Shown here: positions 1 to 10,606 of the stretch, in pieces
Layout of the letters: each line of letters begins with the position of its first letter
Numbering within the stretch: position 1 is the first letter of the stretch
Origin: Spirochaetia bacterium
GTDB lineage: Bacteria; Spirochaetota; Spirochaetia; DSM-2461
Direction of reading: 5' to 3'
DNA length: 64,000 nt
Assembly (NCBI GenBank): GCA_963668315.1
Contig: OY764216.1
Location: 3,808,001-3,872,000, forward strand
The notes under the pieces: generated by a model
Databases searched by the model: none
What the model was told of the DNA's origin: nothing
The model's input: the letters and a program-made list of their open reading frames with translations, nothing else
Made by a program: the position numbers and the translations under genes

Positions 1-365
1 CCCCGCTGAAGAATGACATCCACCAGATAGTTAAGCGTCTTTCCGCTGTCGAAAATATCATCGACAAAAAGGATCTTGTCTCCCTTTCTGAGATACTGGG
101 GATCATAGGTCCAGCCGTCAATCATAATCTGATCGCTCTCGTGAACATCCGTATAAGACCGGGCGACCACGGCAGCATAGAAAACGGGCTTCTTTCCTTC
201 CACCACCAGTTTGAAGAATTCGCTTATCACATTCCCCATATAGGCTCCGCCCCGGAGGGGGATATAGATGACATCGGGTATAAACCCTTCCTTGTAAATT
301 GCTGCGGCCATCTTTAAAGCGTCGTTTCTTACGACATCATAGGGCAAAAATTGCTTATTCGCCAT
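1..365 (-). CDS. Phosphoribosyltransferase (type I PRTase), 3' end runs off the window
   Basis: Manual translation from ATG at 365: MANKQFLPYDVVRNDALKMAAAIYKEGFIPDVIYIPLRGG...KILFVDDIFDSGKTL, containing the PRPP-binding motif VDDIFDSGxT. Not in the ORF track. Confidence 0.85.
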   Translation of the reverse strand, partial: MANKQFLPYDVVRNDALKMAAAIYKEGFIPDVIYIPLRGGAYMGNVISEFFKLVVEGKKPVFYAAVVARSYTDVHESDQIMIDGWTYDPQYLRKGDKILFVDDIFDSGKTLNYLVDVILQR

Positions 366-1836
366 AACTCTCCCTCTGTACTATCAAATCTATTTCATTA
401 ACCTTGTCGTTAATCCTCTTTATATGCAGGGAAAAGACATTCTCCGAAAGACGTCCCACTTCCTGATAAAAGTCATTGAGTGACTTAAGGGGCATCCCGT
501 TAATCGACTCAATGATATCACCTACCTGTACACCGGATATCTGAAAAGGTGTCTTGGCATAGGTGTCTTCCACAATGACTCCTTCATAAGAGTCATCAAG
601 CCCCAGGGCCTCCCGTATCGATTCATTCAGGGGAAGCAGAGTGACTCCTGGCCAGGCCAGGCTGTTGCTTGAACTGATCTGATCCTCATCCTCCCTCGTA
701 TCGATGGTGACGGAAAGAGTCTTTCTCAGACCGGAGCGGAAGACTTCCATGGGCACGGTCGTGCCGGGATCGATTTCACCGATGCGATAGGTCAGGTCTT
801 TCCGGCTTTTCACGGGAGACCCGTCGATGGAAAGGATGAAATCACCCGCCCTGATTCCCCCTTTCCAGGCGGGAGAACCGATGAAGACCTGATAAACGAA
901 GGCGCCGTTCATATCCGGTTCCAGACCGATTTCACGGGCCAGCTGTACGGAACGGTCCCCCATACTCACACCCAGCCAACCGTAAAGAGGCTTGCCATAG
1001 GCGATAATGTCATCAATGGAACCGATGGCGTTGTTGATGGGGAGGCTGAAGCCCAGTCCCATGGAACCACCCGTGGAGGTGCTGATCCATGAGTTGATAC
1101 CGATTACTTCCCCTTTCATATTGATAAGGGCTCCCCCGGAGTTTCCCTGGTTGATGGCCGCATCGGTTTGAATGAAATCACTGATGTTTCCATCGGGGGC
1201 GTCTTCCCTTCCCAGAGCGCTTATGATTCCGGCAGTTACGGACGATTCATACCCCAGGGGATTTCCGATGGCCATGACCCAGTCACCCACATAAAGTGAT
1301 CCCGAATCTCCCAGCCGGGCCAGGGGAATATCCCTGTCTTCGGTGGTAAAGGAAATGAGGGCCAGGTCCTTTCGGCTGTCCGTACCGACCCTTACGGCAT
1401 CATATTCCCTTTCATCATAGAGGGTAACCTGGATCTTATCCGAATCGCCGACCACATGGTAATTGGTGATGATATAATAGGTCTGATCGATTTTCTTAAC
1501 GATAACACCGGAACCTAATCCGTAAAATTCAAATTTATCCCGGGGAACAGAGCTGTCGGGAGTGGAGAAATAATCGTCCCAGGGAACAGCTTCCGACATT
1601 TCCTGGCCGGCTTCCTTCGTATTCATGACATCGATCTCAACCACCACGGGAAGATTCTCCGCAGCCACCCGCCGAAAAATGTCCTGCATTTCATCGAAGG
1701 ATTCACTGGCGGGAGGGGCGGCATAAACCGGGGGGACATCACGGGTAAATAATAGAAGGCCCATGACGGCGACGGCACCGGCCAGAAAAGAAGAAAGGAC
1801 AATCAAAGGCAGATTCGTTTTACTGATATTTCTCAT
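355..1836 (-). CDS. htrA: HtrA/DegP (Do family) serine protease with two PDZ domains
   Basis: GLGSGVI, TNYHVV, DLAL, IQTDAAINQGNSGGAL catalytic motifs; N-terminal TM/signal; two PDZ-like C-terminal repeats. Confidence 0.92.
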   Translation of the reverse strand: MRNISKTNLPLIVLSSFLAGAVAVMGLLLFTRDVPPVYAAPPASESFDEMQDIFRRVAAENLPVVVEIDVMNTKEAGQEMSEAVPWDDYFSTPDSSVPRDKFEFYGLGSGVIVKKIDQTYYIITNYHVVGDSDKIQVTLYDEREYDAVRVGTDSRKDLALISFTTEDRDIPLARLGDSGSLYVGDWVMAIGNPLGYESSVTAGIISALGREDAPDGNISDFIQTDAAINQGNSGGALINMKGEVIGINSWISTSTGGSMGLGFSLPINNAIGSIDDIIAYGKPLYGWLGVSMGDRSVQLAREIGLEPDMNGAFVYQVFIGSPAWKGGIRAGDFILSIDGSPVKSRKDLTYRIGEIDPGTTVPMEVFRSGLRKTLSVTIDTREDEDQISSSNSLAWPGVTLLPLNESIREALGLDDSYEGVIVEDTYAKTPFQISGVQVGDIIESINGMPLKSLNDFYQEVGRLSENVFSLHIKRINDKVNEIDLIVQRESYGE

Positions 1837-2589
1837 TTACAGACTCCCCGTTACGATCTCGTAACCCCTGTCGGTAACAACAACGGTATGTTCAAAATGG
1901 GCCGACAGAGAATTATCCGCCGTAACGACCGTCCAGTTGTCATCAAGAGTAACCACTTCAGCGGTTCCCATATTCACCATGGGTTCAATGGCAAGAACCA
2001 TTCCCTTTTTTAAACGGGGATTTATTCCGTGGGCGGGATAATTATTGGGGATCTGAGGGTCTTCGTGGACATGGAAACCGACGCCGTGTCCGCAGAAGGA
2101 GTGTACGATTCCGTATCCGTGGGGCTGAATTACCCCGGTAACGGCTTTGGATATATCGTGGACACGCGCTCCGGGCTTCACCGCTTCCACCCCTGCGATG
2201 AGGGACTTCTTCGTTACATCCAGAAGCTTTTCGACCTCCGGTGAAACCCGGCCCACCGTAAAAGTACGGGCGGCATCGCTAATCATTCCCTTATAGGTGA
2301 CACCGATATCACAGCCTATAATATCCCCTTCTCGAAGGGGCGTCTTATCGGGTATCCCGTGGATAACCCGGTCGTTAACGGAAGTACAGACAGCGGCAGG
2401 ATAGCCGCTGTATCCGAGAAAAGAGGCTTCCGCGCCCTCTTCCCGGAGTATTTTTCTCACGAGATTATCAATATCCATGGGGGAAATTCCCGGCTTGATA
2501 TAGTCCTTCAAAACCGTAAATATTCCTGCCAGTATGGCTCCCGACTCTCTTAAGCAATCGATCTGTTCATCATTTTTCAGTGCAATCAA
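1837..2589 (-). CDS. map: Methionine aminopeptidase type I
   Basis: CTSVNDRVIHGIP, DIGV, SDAARTF, GHGVG..VHEDP, AIEPM, SAHFEHT. Confidence 0.97.
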   Translation of the reverse strand: MIALKNDEQIDCLRESGAILAGIFTVLKDYIKPGISPMDIDNLVRKILREEGAEASFLGYSGYPAAVCTSVNDRVIHGIPDKTPLREGDIIGCDIGVTYKGMISDAARTFTVGRVSPEVEKLLDVTKKSLIAGVEAVKPGARVHDISKAVTGVIQPHGYGIVHSFCGHGVGFHVHEDPQIPNNYPAHGINPRLKKGMVLAIEPMVNMGTAEVVTLDDNWTVVTADNSLSAHFEHTVVVTDRGYEIVTGSL

Positions 2590-4067
2590 TTATCCACCGC
2601 CTTTTTCCTCATGCCTTCCGCCTCTTCACTCTTCCCCTGATGATCCAGAAGGACAGCAAGATTCCAGGCACCGAACCAATCATGGGTCTTATCGTAATAA
2701 TCGGACAGAATCTGTTCCGAATCTTCATATCTCTGGGGCTTCTTCAGCGCCAGAATCAAGCCTGCATACAGATCATACCAGTCGGGACGGTATCCAAGAA
2801 CTTTCTCATGCCTGTCCATGATGATGTTCATGCTTTCAAAATCGCCGGAGACAGCCATATACCAGAGAAGATAACGGGTCACTTTCTCATCAGCGCTGTT
2901 TTCATTGAAGAGTTTCCAAATAAAAGCCCTGTATGCTTCGGGCGTAAGCTCCTCGGGAAAGGATGAAAATCTTTCCAGCATTACTTCCACATCATCGGGA
3001 TGATCGTTCAGATAGGTATTAACTACCCTTTCGGCCCTGACAGGATACGTCTCAAGCCAGTTATCCAGAAAATAAAGGATAACCTCCCGCTGATCGCCGT
3101 ACTCGTTCAAAGTATCCAGAATGATACGGGATGCTTCCTTCCATATCTGGGCTTTCTCATAAATCATAGCCCGGTTTACGAGGGGTCTCCAGTTGTCTTC
3201 GCCCCGTATTTCGAGGGATGTCAGATAGTGATACTCCGACTTTTCCCAATCGCCGAGTAAAAAATATCCGTCCCCCAGTATATTGTTCAGCGTCCATCTT
3301 CGGTTGTGATTTTTCCTGTCCAGCTCATCCTGCCTGTTCAGGAAATCGACGGCGGTCTTCACATCGCCCAGATCCCAGTACAGGAGCCCCAGGAGTTGCA
3401 GATAGGGCTGAACATCTCCGATGGTGGAAGCCCTTTCCACCGCTTCATCCTTCTCTCCCAGGGCCATCCAAAGCATAAGAGAATCGGCTTTCAGATCATC
3501 TATCCCGGAGATATCCCCGACGAGACCGTAAAACTCCGCATCCCTCTCCTGTTCAAGTCTCTGCATAACCCCCTGATAGGGGGGGAGTCCACTGTCTATT
3601 TCCAGACTCTCTTCCGTCAGCCTTATTTCTGCACTGACCGTGGGATAGCTCTCTTCAGAAATTCTGTCCCGGTATTTGAAAAGCCTGTCATAATCACCGG
3701 TCCAGAGAAGAGCCGTCAGATAATACATCCAGAATTCATCATTACCCCGGTACAGCTTGACGGCTCTTTCCGTATATTTCCGGTAGACGTTCCAGTCATC
3801 CGATGCGTCGGATATCAGATAGGCTCTCTTGATGATCCTCAGCCACTCTCCCGTCCCTCTGGCAAAAGAGGAAGATTTCTCAAGGGTCTCTTTAGCCTGG
3901 CGCACTCTGCCGTCTCTCTGAAAACCATCGGTTTGCGTGAGATAGTAATGAAAAGATTCAACCCGGGGGATGCGGTATCGATAGAGAAAAAATGAAAGGA
4001 TCAGAACAAGAAGAAAAAGAAAAACCGCTAAAAATGTTAGTATTCCCACACCCTTCTTGTTCGTCAT
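2586..4067 (-). CDS. Membrane-anchored TPR-like hypothetical protein
   Basis: N-terminal TM helix, helical TPR-like segments, tightly packed in the operon. Confidence 0.7.
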   Translation of the reverse strand: MTNKKGVGILTFLAVFLFLLVLILSFFLYRYRIPRVESFHYYLTQTDGFQRDGRVRQAKETLEKSSSFARGTGEWLRIIKRAYLISDASDDWNVYRKYTERAVKLYRGNDEFWMYYLTALLWTGDYDRLFKYRDRISEESYPTVSAEIRLTEESLEIDSGLPPYQGVMQRLEQERDAEFYGLVGDISGIDDLKADSLMLWMALGEKDEAVERASTIGDVQPYLQLLGLLYWDLGDVKTAVDFLNRQDELDRKNHNRRWTLNNILGDGYFLLGDWEKSEYHYLTSLEIRGEDNWRPLVNRAMIYEKAQIWKEASRIILDTLNEYGDQREVILYFLDNWLETYPVRAERVVNTYLNDHPDDVEVMLERFSSFPEELTPEAYRAFIWKLFNENSADEKVTRYLLWYMAVSGDFESMNIIMDRHEKVLGYRPDWYDLYAGLILALKKPQRYEDSEQILSDYYDKTHDWFGAWNLAVLLDHQGKSEEAEGMRKKAVDN

Positions 4068-4073
4068 ATTTTA

Positions 4074-4478
4074 TTATAGAACGGTTTTTGCTATTCCATC
4101 AAGAACGCCATTAATAAATTTGTAGGACTCATCTGCGGCGTACTCCTTGGCAATCTCAATTGCCTCATTAATGACAACTCTCTGGGGAATATCTTTCTGA
4201 AAGAGAAGGGAATATACACTGAGGCGAAGAATGGCCAGATCGACCTTTGCCAGACGGTCAAAATCCCATTTATGCAGATGTTCCCTGATCTGTTTGTCTA
4301 TCTCTTCGGTGTTATCAAGAACTCCTGAGATCATCAGCCGGGAAAAGAGAAGAGTGTCTTCCGCCACTTCTTCCTTAAGCCAGTCGAAGACAAAAACCTC
4401 TTCCTTGCTATTGCCGGTCATATCCCAACCGTACAGGGCCTGGAAAGCTAAAACACGTCCTTTATGCCTGTTTGCCAT
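4074..4478 (-). CDS. nusB: Transcription antitermination factor NusB
   Basis: RHKGRVLAFQALY, RLAKVDLAILRL, VINEAIEIAKEY, FINGVLD. Confidence 0.97.
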   Translation of the reverse strand: MANRHKGRVLAFQALYGWDMTGNSKEEVFVFDWLKEEVAEDTLLFSRLMISGVLDNTEEIDKQIREHLHKWDFDRLAKVDLAILRLSVYSLLFQKDIPQRVVINEAIEIAKEYAADESYKFINGVLDGIAKTVL

Positions 4479-4481
4479 ATA

Positions 4482-5540
4482 TTACAGTGCTTCCTCAAAG
4501 ATAGTGACATCCGAACGGCCTCGTAAATCCTGTACAACCTGCTGCTGAAGTCTGCCGTAAAGCTGCTGTTCCATCTGAGAGGTGATAATCTGAACGAGGT
4601 AGTTCCTTACAGTCATCTCCTGCATAGGATTGATTCTCTCATCAATACCCAGAACCCGCGCTTCCTTGTGGTCACCGATACGGATGATATGAAACCCGAT
4701 TTTCGATTCCAGCAGATAAACGAGGGACGGCTCTTTTCCTTCAAAAAGAGAATTGGTAAATTCCTGTCCGAAAACCTCATTGGCCTGAGAGTCGGCCCGC
4801 GCGATAGTAAAAGGCTGCCCTTTGACCTGGGTAAAGGGAAAATCATCCCCTTCTTCCTTGCTGACGTCGTCAAAACTGACATTACCCGAAGAGATTCTCC
4901 TATAAAGGTCCTCGGCTCTCTTCTTTACGGCGGCTCTGTCATCCCCTTCTGCAGCCTTGAAATAGATCTGATTCAGGAGAACATACTCGGGCTGGGCGAA
5001 CTGGCCTATATTCTGATTATAGAAGTCCTGTACCGTCTTGTCGTCCGGACCGGACATATTCTCGAAATCACTCTTTTTCGTCTGGGTTATATACCTTTGG
5101 ATAAGAAGACTGTTTTTGGTATTTTCAAGATAAAGATCATAGTCATGACCATTATCCACAAGAAGCTTTTTAAACTGTTCCGGATCATTCAGCATGGCTC
5201 CCGCGGGAATCTGATGCATCTGCTGAAGTTCCAGAGAAAGGCCCTGCATGGCCGCGGGGAGCACTTCGTCGTCACTCACCGTGATACCGAGGCTTTCGGC
5301 ATCCTGCTTGACCAGCATCTGATTGATGATGACGTCAAGAAGCTGCTTTTTTTCATCAAGAGTAAGCTCGACGCCCTTGTTCTGAAGGACCATCGTCTTT
5401 TCATAGCGCCGGAATTTAGTCTGCGGCAGAGCTTCGGTTTTGTGAAGCTTAATCACGGCTACAGGTCTATCGTTAAAGGATTGGGCGAAAAGGGAGCCCA
5501 TGAGTAGCGAAAATAGAAAAAAAAGGGAGATTTTCTTCAT
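4482..5540 (-). CDS. Periplasmic SurA/PpiC-type chaperone / peptidyl-prolyl isomerase
   Basis: Signal peptide, SurA N-domain-like LLDVIINQMLVKQDA, parvulin-like ESKIGFHII. Confidence 0.75.
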   Translation of the reverse strand: MKKISLFFLFSLLMGSLFAQSFNDRPVAVIKLHKTEALPQTKFRRYEKTMVLQNKGVELTLDEKKQLLDVIINQMLVKQDAESLGITVSDDEVLPAAMQGLSLELQQMHQIPAGAMLNDPEQFKKLLVDNGHDYDLYLENTKNSLLIQRYITQTKKSDFENMSGPDDKTVQDFYNQNIGQFAQPEYVLLNQIYFKAAEGDDRAAVKKRAEDLYRRISSGNVSFDDVSKEEGDDFPFTQVKGQPFTIARADSQANEVFGQEFTNSLFEGKEPSLVYLLESKIGFHIIRIGDHKEARVLGIDERINPMQEMTVRNYLVQIITSQMEQQLYGRLQQQVVQDLRGRSDVTIFEEAL

Positions 5541-5551
5541 TGATTTACCTT

Positions 5552-5965
5552 TTACTTCGTTATATGCAGCTTTTTGCCGATATACGAAGCTTCTTCCTTG
5601 GAGTTGATAATATCTGACGTCTTGAGAAATATACCCTCTTTTTCCAGAAGCTTCATCAAATCCTGAAGAACACGAAAAGCGCGGAATCCCTTTTTAAGAA
5701 CAAAGGCGTAACATCTTTTACCGCTAATTGTTCCGGCATTTTTGACAAATGCCATCAGGGATTCGTCCAGTTTTTTACTGAAAGGAGAAAGAGGCGCGGC
5801 GCCGACAGCTATGTATTCGTACATGGTAAGCTTCACGTTATTGTCCAGAATACCATTGATAACCTTGACGTCATGGCCCTGCTCGCCGATACCGTGGGCA
5901 AGGGCTTCCGCCGCCTGGGATAATTTGCCGGCTTCCTTTTCAAAATATACTACTGCAACTCTCAT
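5552..5965 (-). CDS. Flavodoxin-like fold hypothetical protein
   Basis: MRVAVVYF...AEALAHGIGEQGHDVKV..YEYIAVGA, flavodoxin-like beta/alpha pattern. Confidence 0.6.
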   Translation of the reverse strand: MRVAVVYFEKEAGKLSQAAEALAHGIGEQGHDVKVINGILDNNVKLTMYEYIAVGAAPLSPFSKKLDESLMAFVKNAGTISGKRCYAFVLKKGFRAFRVLQDLMKLLEKEGIFLKTSDIINSKEEASYIGKKLHITK

Positions 5966-5993
5966 ACCTCTTCCTCGCTCCGTTGAATCATTA

Positions 5994-6353
5994 TCAGTTC
6001 TGGGGAATGACCAGCTCCGCTCCCTTGTCGCTATCCGGTAAAACCGTTTCGTTTTCCCACCAGTTTTCTCCCTGATTCACGCTCTGGGCACGGGATTCCC
6101 CGATAACGCTGTCCTTGTTGGAAGAACGCAGAAAGAAAGCCACAGAGAGGGAAAGGACGAGGAACAAAACACCTAAGATGCGGGTCAGTTTGATAAGCAC
6201 ATTGGAAGAAGAAGCTCCGAAAGCCGTATTGCTTCCACCGCCAAAGATACCACCAAGAGAATCGCCCTGCTCATCCTGAATGAGAACCATAAGAGCCAGA
6301 AGAACGGCATCTATGACATATAGCACAAATAAGATTACACCTAATACACCCAT
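5994..6353 (-). CDS. secG: Preprotein translocase subunit SecG
   Basis: Two TMs flanking VLIQDEQGDSLGGIFGGG..FG; follows tpiA as is typical. Confidence 0.93.
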   Translation of the reverse strand: MGVLGVILFVLYVIDAVLLALMVLIQDEQGDSLGGIFGGGSNTAFGASSSNVLIKLTRILGVLFLVLSLSVAFFLRSSNKDSVIGESRAQSVNQGENWWENETVLPDSDKGAELVIPQN

Positions 6354-6364
6354 TATAACTCCTA

Positions 6365-6388
6365 AAAAGTGCCCCGGAGGACACTTTT
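6365..6388 (-). terminator. Hairpin between tpiA and secG (possible terminator)
   Basis: AAAAGTG-CCCCGGAGGA-CACTTTT inverted repeat; gives a U-run on the minus strand. Confidence 0.45.
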
Positions 6389-6435
6389 CTTATTGTTTTA
6401 GTGGAAGCCCGCCGAGGGAGGGGCATTCCCGTTTA

Positions 6436-7188
6436 TTATTTATTGAAATTGACCAATGCGTCAAAGGAATCGGCCGTAAGTGCGGCTCCTCCGATGAGTC
6501 CTCCGTCAATATTCTCCATGGCCATCAGCTCTTTCACGTTTCCGGGTTTAACGGATCCGCCGTACTGGATATTGGTGGCCTGAGCGATATCATCGCCGAA
6601 CATCTCGGCGAGCTTTTTCCGGCAGGAAGCATGGATGGCTTCGGCGTCGTCGGGGGTAGCGGTTTTACCGGTACCGATGGCCCATACGGGTTCATAGGCG
6701 ATCATGACATTGGCCATGTCTTCCTTGGAAAGACCGGCGAGACCTTTCTCAAGCTGTTCAAAACAGACAGCTTCGGCTTTTCCGGCTTCTCTCTCTTCCA
6801 GAAGCTCTCCGATACAGAGATCAACTTTCATGCCGTTGGCCAGGGCCAGCTTTACTTTCTCATTGATCATTTCATTGGATTCGCCGTAGATATGTCTTCT
6901 TTCGGAATGTCCGAGGATAACAACCTCAACGCCGAGATCTTTCAGCATCAGAACGGAAGTTTCACCCGTATGGGCACCTTCGAGTTCGGTAGCCATATTC
7001 TGGGCGGCCAGAATGATATTGGAACCTTTGATGACTTCCGCAACGGCGGGAATACATACGAAGGAGGGAGCGATCATCACTTTGTTGTCGCTGTCCTTGA
7101 CCAGGGGAAGGATCTCCTTGGCGAGTGCAACAGCCTCGCTGGGAGTTTTATTCATTTTCCAGTTTCCCGCAATAAGATATTCTCTCAT
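6436..7188 (-). CDS. tpiA: Triosephosphate isomerase
   Basis: IAGNWKMN, ILGHSERR, IAYEPVWAIGTG, YGGSV, GLIGGA. Confidence 0.98.
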   Translation of the reverse strand: MREYLIAGNWKMNKTPSEAVALAKEILPLVKDSDNKVMIAPSFVCIPAVAEVIKGSNIILAAQNMATELEGAHTGETSVLMLKDLGVEVVILGHSERRHIYGESNEMINEKVKLALANGMKVDLCIGELLEEREAGKAEAVCFEQLEKGLAGLSKEDMANVMIAYEPVWAIGTGKTATPDDAEAIHASCRKKLAEMFGDDIAQATNIQYGGSVKPGNVKELMAMENIDGGLIGGAALTADSFDALVNFNK

Positions 7189-7307
7189 TTCATTACCTCA
7201 CTAAAAAAATCGCAGCCCCGCCTGCGGAGCTGCAACATTGTAACACATAAATATGATACTGGCTAGAAGGTTTCCCCGAATGTTTATTTCAGGAAAACCC
7301 GCGAATA

Positions 7308-8489
7308 TTATTTCTTAAGAGCCACGACACCGGGAAGGGCTTTTCCTTCCAGATACTCCAGGGAGGCTCCGCCGCCGGTGGAGACGTGATCAATTTTATC
7401 ACCCAGCTTGAACTTGTTGACGGCTGCGACGGAATCACCGCCGCCCACAACGGTCGTACCGGCGCAATCGGCTACGAAATTGGCCACTTCTTCGGTTCCC
7501 TTGGAAAAGGCGTCAAACTCGAAAACACCCATGGGGCCGTTCCAGACGACAGTTTTGGCTTCGGCGATTTTCACTTTTATCGCGGCAATGGTCTTGGGAC
7601 CGACATCCATGGCCAGCTTTCCTTCGGGAACATCTTCGGAATCCACCGCTTCGGGAACGGCGGTTTCGCTGAATTCGGAGGCGACCACATGATCCATGGG
7701 AAGGATAACGGTCGTACCCTGGGCTTCGGCCTTCTTGAGAAAAGAAGCGGCCGTATCAAGATAGTCCTCTTCGAAAAGGGATTTACCGATAGCTTTGCCC
7801 TTCGTTTTGAGGAAGGTGTAGGCCATACCGCCGCCGATAACGAAGGTATCGCACTTGTCAAGGAGAGACTCGAGCACGCTGATTTTTGAAGAGACCTTGG
7901 CTCCGCCGATAATGGCGACCATGGGCTTTTCGGGATTTTCCAGAACCTTATCGAAGAATTCGCACTCCTTCTCCATGAGGAAACCGGCAACGGAAGGAAG
8001 ATATTTGGTAACACCTTCGGTAGAGGCGTGCGCTCTGTGGGCCGTTCCGAAAGCATCGTTGACATAAACGTCCGCCAGGGAAGCGAGCTTTTCGGCAAAG
8101 GCGGGATCATTCGCCTTCTCTTCCTTATAGTAACGGGTATTTTCAAGAAGAAGAATTTCCCCGGCCTTGAGAGAGTCGGCCATAGCTTTAACATCATCGC
8201 CCACGACATCGGGAGCCATATTAACCTTGGTGCCCGTCAGATCGGCAAGATGACCGGCAAGCTGGGACATGCTGAGTTCCGGCTCTTTTGCCGTACTGGG
8301 ACGTCCCAGATGGCTCATAACAATAAGGGAAGCCCCTTCCTGCTCCAGGATGTATTTGAGCGTGGGAAGAGCTCTCTGCATCCGGGTGTCATCGGTGATT
8401 TTACCCTCTTTCAAGGGAACGTTAAAATCTACTCTCACCAGAACTTTCTTGTTTTTCAGGTCAAGATCTTTAACCGTTTTTACAGCCAT
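7308..8489 (-). CDS. pgk: Phosphoglycerate kinase (start reassigned to ATG 8489 after RBS AAGGAG)
   Basis: [59 protein letters not shown]. Confidence 0.98.
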   Translation of the reverse strand: MAVKTVKDLDLKNKKVLVRVDFNVPLKEGKITDDTRMQRALPTLKYILEQEGASLIVMSHLGRPSTAKEPELSMSQLAGHLADLTGTKVNMAPDVVGDDVKAMADSLKAGEILLLENTRYYKEEKANDPAFAEKLASLADVYVNDAFGTAHRAHASTEGVTKYLPSVAGFLMEKECEFFDKVLENPEKPMVAIIGGAKVSSKISVLESLLDKCDTFVIGGGMAYTFLKTKGKAIGKSLFEEDYLDTAASFLKKAEAQGTTVILPMDHVVASEFSETAVPEAVDSEDVPEGKLAMDVGPKTIAAIKVKIAEAKTVVWNGPMGVFEFDAFSKGTEEVANFVADCAGTTVVGGGDSVAAVNKFKLGDKIDHVSTGGGASLEYLEGKALPGVVALKK

Positions 8490-8572
8490 TTCATCTCCTT
8501 CATTCGCCCCGACCCCAGGGGTAGCGGGACAGATAATCATCTATATAAAAGTATTTTTTTATCTTATGATAA

Positions 8573-8600
8573 AATATAACAAAAAAAAGGGACCGGTCAA
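8573..8600 (-). promoter_or_regulatory. Sigma70-type promoter for pgk-tpiA
   Basis: TTGACC-N16-TATATT with extended TG; spacer contains a T8 tract. Confidence 0.55.
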
Positions 8601-8611
8601 GGGGAAGAGAA

Positions 8612-10606
8612 TTAATTCAACCGGAGCAGCTGGGTTTTCAGTTCTTCGTCTATGACCGTCGGGGTCTCCCCTTCGGCCGCCGGGCTTTCAACGCCGCCGT
8701 CCCCCTCCTCTTCGGGAAGGAAATACACTTCGTCTCCCCGGTTGATAAGATCGAACAGGGCGTAGCGGTCAATTTCCACGGAAGCCACTTCTTCGTCCGT
8801 GTCTCTGACGATCACCGATCCCAGCAGGTCTTCATCCCGCACATTGATCATCTTCTCTCCGGAAATCAGCTCGACGGAACCGCTTTTCACAAGCACGCCC
8901 TTCCGGCCTTCTTCCAGTCCGTGATACCGGCCGAGACCTATGAGAAGATTATCCCCGTCCATATCCAGGACCTTCGTCCGGGGGACGAAATAGGATTCCA
9001 GATCGGAAGCCAGTCTTTCCATGGCCAGTTTAACCCTGTTCTTGCCGGTCCTCATCACGCTCATCTCCGTCAGCTTCGCCCCCGTACCGGACAGATACAA
9101 TTCGGCCCGGCACAGAAAGGTTCTTTCCGTCTCGGAAAAATCCAGGATAACGAAATAGTCCGAGTCACTTTCCCGGGAGGCGGCAAAGGCCTGGGAAAAT
9201 GTTCTGACCCTCGTCCCCGTCAGGGGATCCATTCCGGCATAACGGAGCAGTATAAAGCTTAGATAATCGGTAAGGATCTCTTCGGAACCGGTATGAATAA
9301 GCTGATCGGAATAGCGGGCGAACAGGGAAATCTCGTAGGGGAAACCTGCCTGATCATACTGATCAACGCCCCACTTGTCGGCCAGGCCTCTCTCACGCCT
9401 ATGCTTGAGGATACGGAGGGTTTCCAGAAAATCCCGGTCCTCGTACCCGCTCTCCTCCATGGCCTGCAGGGTATCCAGGTATTTGCCGGGAAAACCGAGA
9501 AGCTTGAAACTTCTGCCGTAAAGCTGCCAGCTCTCCCAGTCATAGGGATCGATCCAGCGGCTTCTCCGGTATTCGTTATACGCCCTTCCGTAATAGAGGG
9601 AGTCCTCATATTCGCGCCCCTGCTCCCGATGGTATTCGGCAAGATCGCTTCTCTGATCGGCGGAAGTGGAAGGATTATTGATAAGGAACTGCTCCATGGT
9701 GATACGGACAATTTCGTTGTTCGGATCCAGACGCAGAGCCTTATCCAGAGTTTTCAGCGCCGCCTGATCCATGGAGAGATTCATATAGCACTGGGAAAGC
9801 ATGTAAAGCAATGTGACATCGACCGGATTTTTCGCCAACGCGTTGATGAGAGGATCAACGGCCTCCTGCCAATCACCCTGTTCCATAAAAGCCTGCCCGA
9901 GCAGGCGGAAGGGACCGGGGCTCTCGGGGGAGATAAGCGATCCGTTCCTAGCAAAATAGGCCGCCCTTTCCAGATCGCCGGTCCGGAGGTAATGCTCGGC
10001 CAGAGACACGTAAACTTCGGGATCACGGGAATGGTAGGTCAGGGCCAGATTGAGGTAGTTCTCCGCCTCGGCCGTTTTGCCTTCCCTGTCGTAGAGCAGA
10101 GCCAGAGACAGAAGGGCGCGCCGGCTTTCGGGGGCCAGGACGAGACTTTTGCGGTACTGCTCCTCCCCCCTTTTCCTGTCTCCCCGGAGAAGGGAGATCT
10201 CGGCCAGACCGAGGTTGGCCTCCAGATTATTCGGTTCATCGGCAAGCACGGCCCGGAACAGCGCCTCGCCTTCGTCCAGCTCCTCCCGTCCCACAAGGAT
10301 ACGGGCTTTCATGTTCAGAAGGGAAATATCATTTCTCCCGTAAAGAGCGGCCTCTTCTATATAGCGGTAGGCCTCTTCATACTCCTCAATCCGGAAATAG
10401 GCATCGGCCAGAGCCAGGATGACATCGAGATAGGCGGGATTGAGGCGCAGGGCCTCCTGAAGGGAATCGATAGCCCCGTAATAATCCTGAGTTCTGAGAG
10501 AACTCTGACCGGCACGGTACAGCTCAATGGCCTCCCGGTCCAGAGGAGAAAGGAGAGAAGGGAGCAAGAACAGAGCGGTTAATGCCGCCGATTTAAACCT
10601 CTTCAC
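8612..10606 (-). CDS. Exported tetratricopeptide repeat protein
   Basis: Signal peptide followed by many TPR motifs (ALRLNP, EPNNLEA, LAPES, LRLDPNN). Confidence 0.85.
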   Translation of the reverse strand: MKRFKSAALTALFLLPSLLSPLDREAIELYRAGQSSLRTQDYYGAIDSLQEALRLNPAYLDVILALADAYFRIEEYEEAYRYIEEAALYGRNDISLLNMKARILVGREELDEGEALFRAVLADEPNNLEANLGLAEISLLRGDRKRGEEQYRKSLVLAPESRRALLSLALLYDREGKTAEAENYLNLALTYHSRDPEVYVSLAEHYLRTGDLERAAYFARNGSLISPESPGPFRLLGQAFMEQGDWQEAVDPLINALAKNPVDVTLLYMLSQCYMNLSMDQAALKTLDKALRLDPNNEIVRITMEQFLINNPSTSADQRSDLAEYHREQGREYEDSLYYGRAYNEYRRSRWIDPYDWESWQLYGRSFKLLGFPGKYLDTLQAMEESGYEDRDFLETLRILKHRRERGLADKWGVDQYDQAGFPYEISLFARYSDQLIHTGSEEILTDYLSFILLRYAGMDPLTGTRVRTFSQAFAASRESDSDYFVILDFSETERTFLCRAELYLSGTGAKLTEMSVMRTGKNRVKLAMERLASDLESYFVPRTKVLDMDGDNLLIGLGRYHGLEEGRKGVLVKSGSVELISGEKMINVRDEDLLGSVIVRDTDEEVASVEIDRYALFDLINRGDEVYFLPEEEGDGGVESPAAEGETPTVIDEELKTQLLRLN

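Noticed and set aside
6280..7266. 328-aa plus-strand ORF
   Set aside because: Antisense shadow of tpiA with no recognisable motifs
9293..10582. 429-aa plus-strand ORF
   Set aside because: Antisense shadow of the TPR gene
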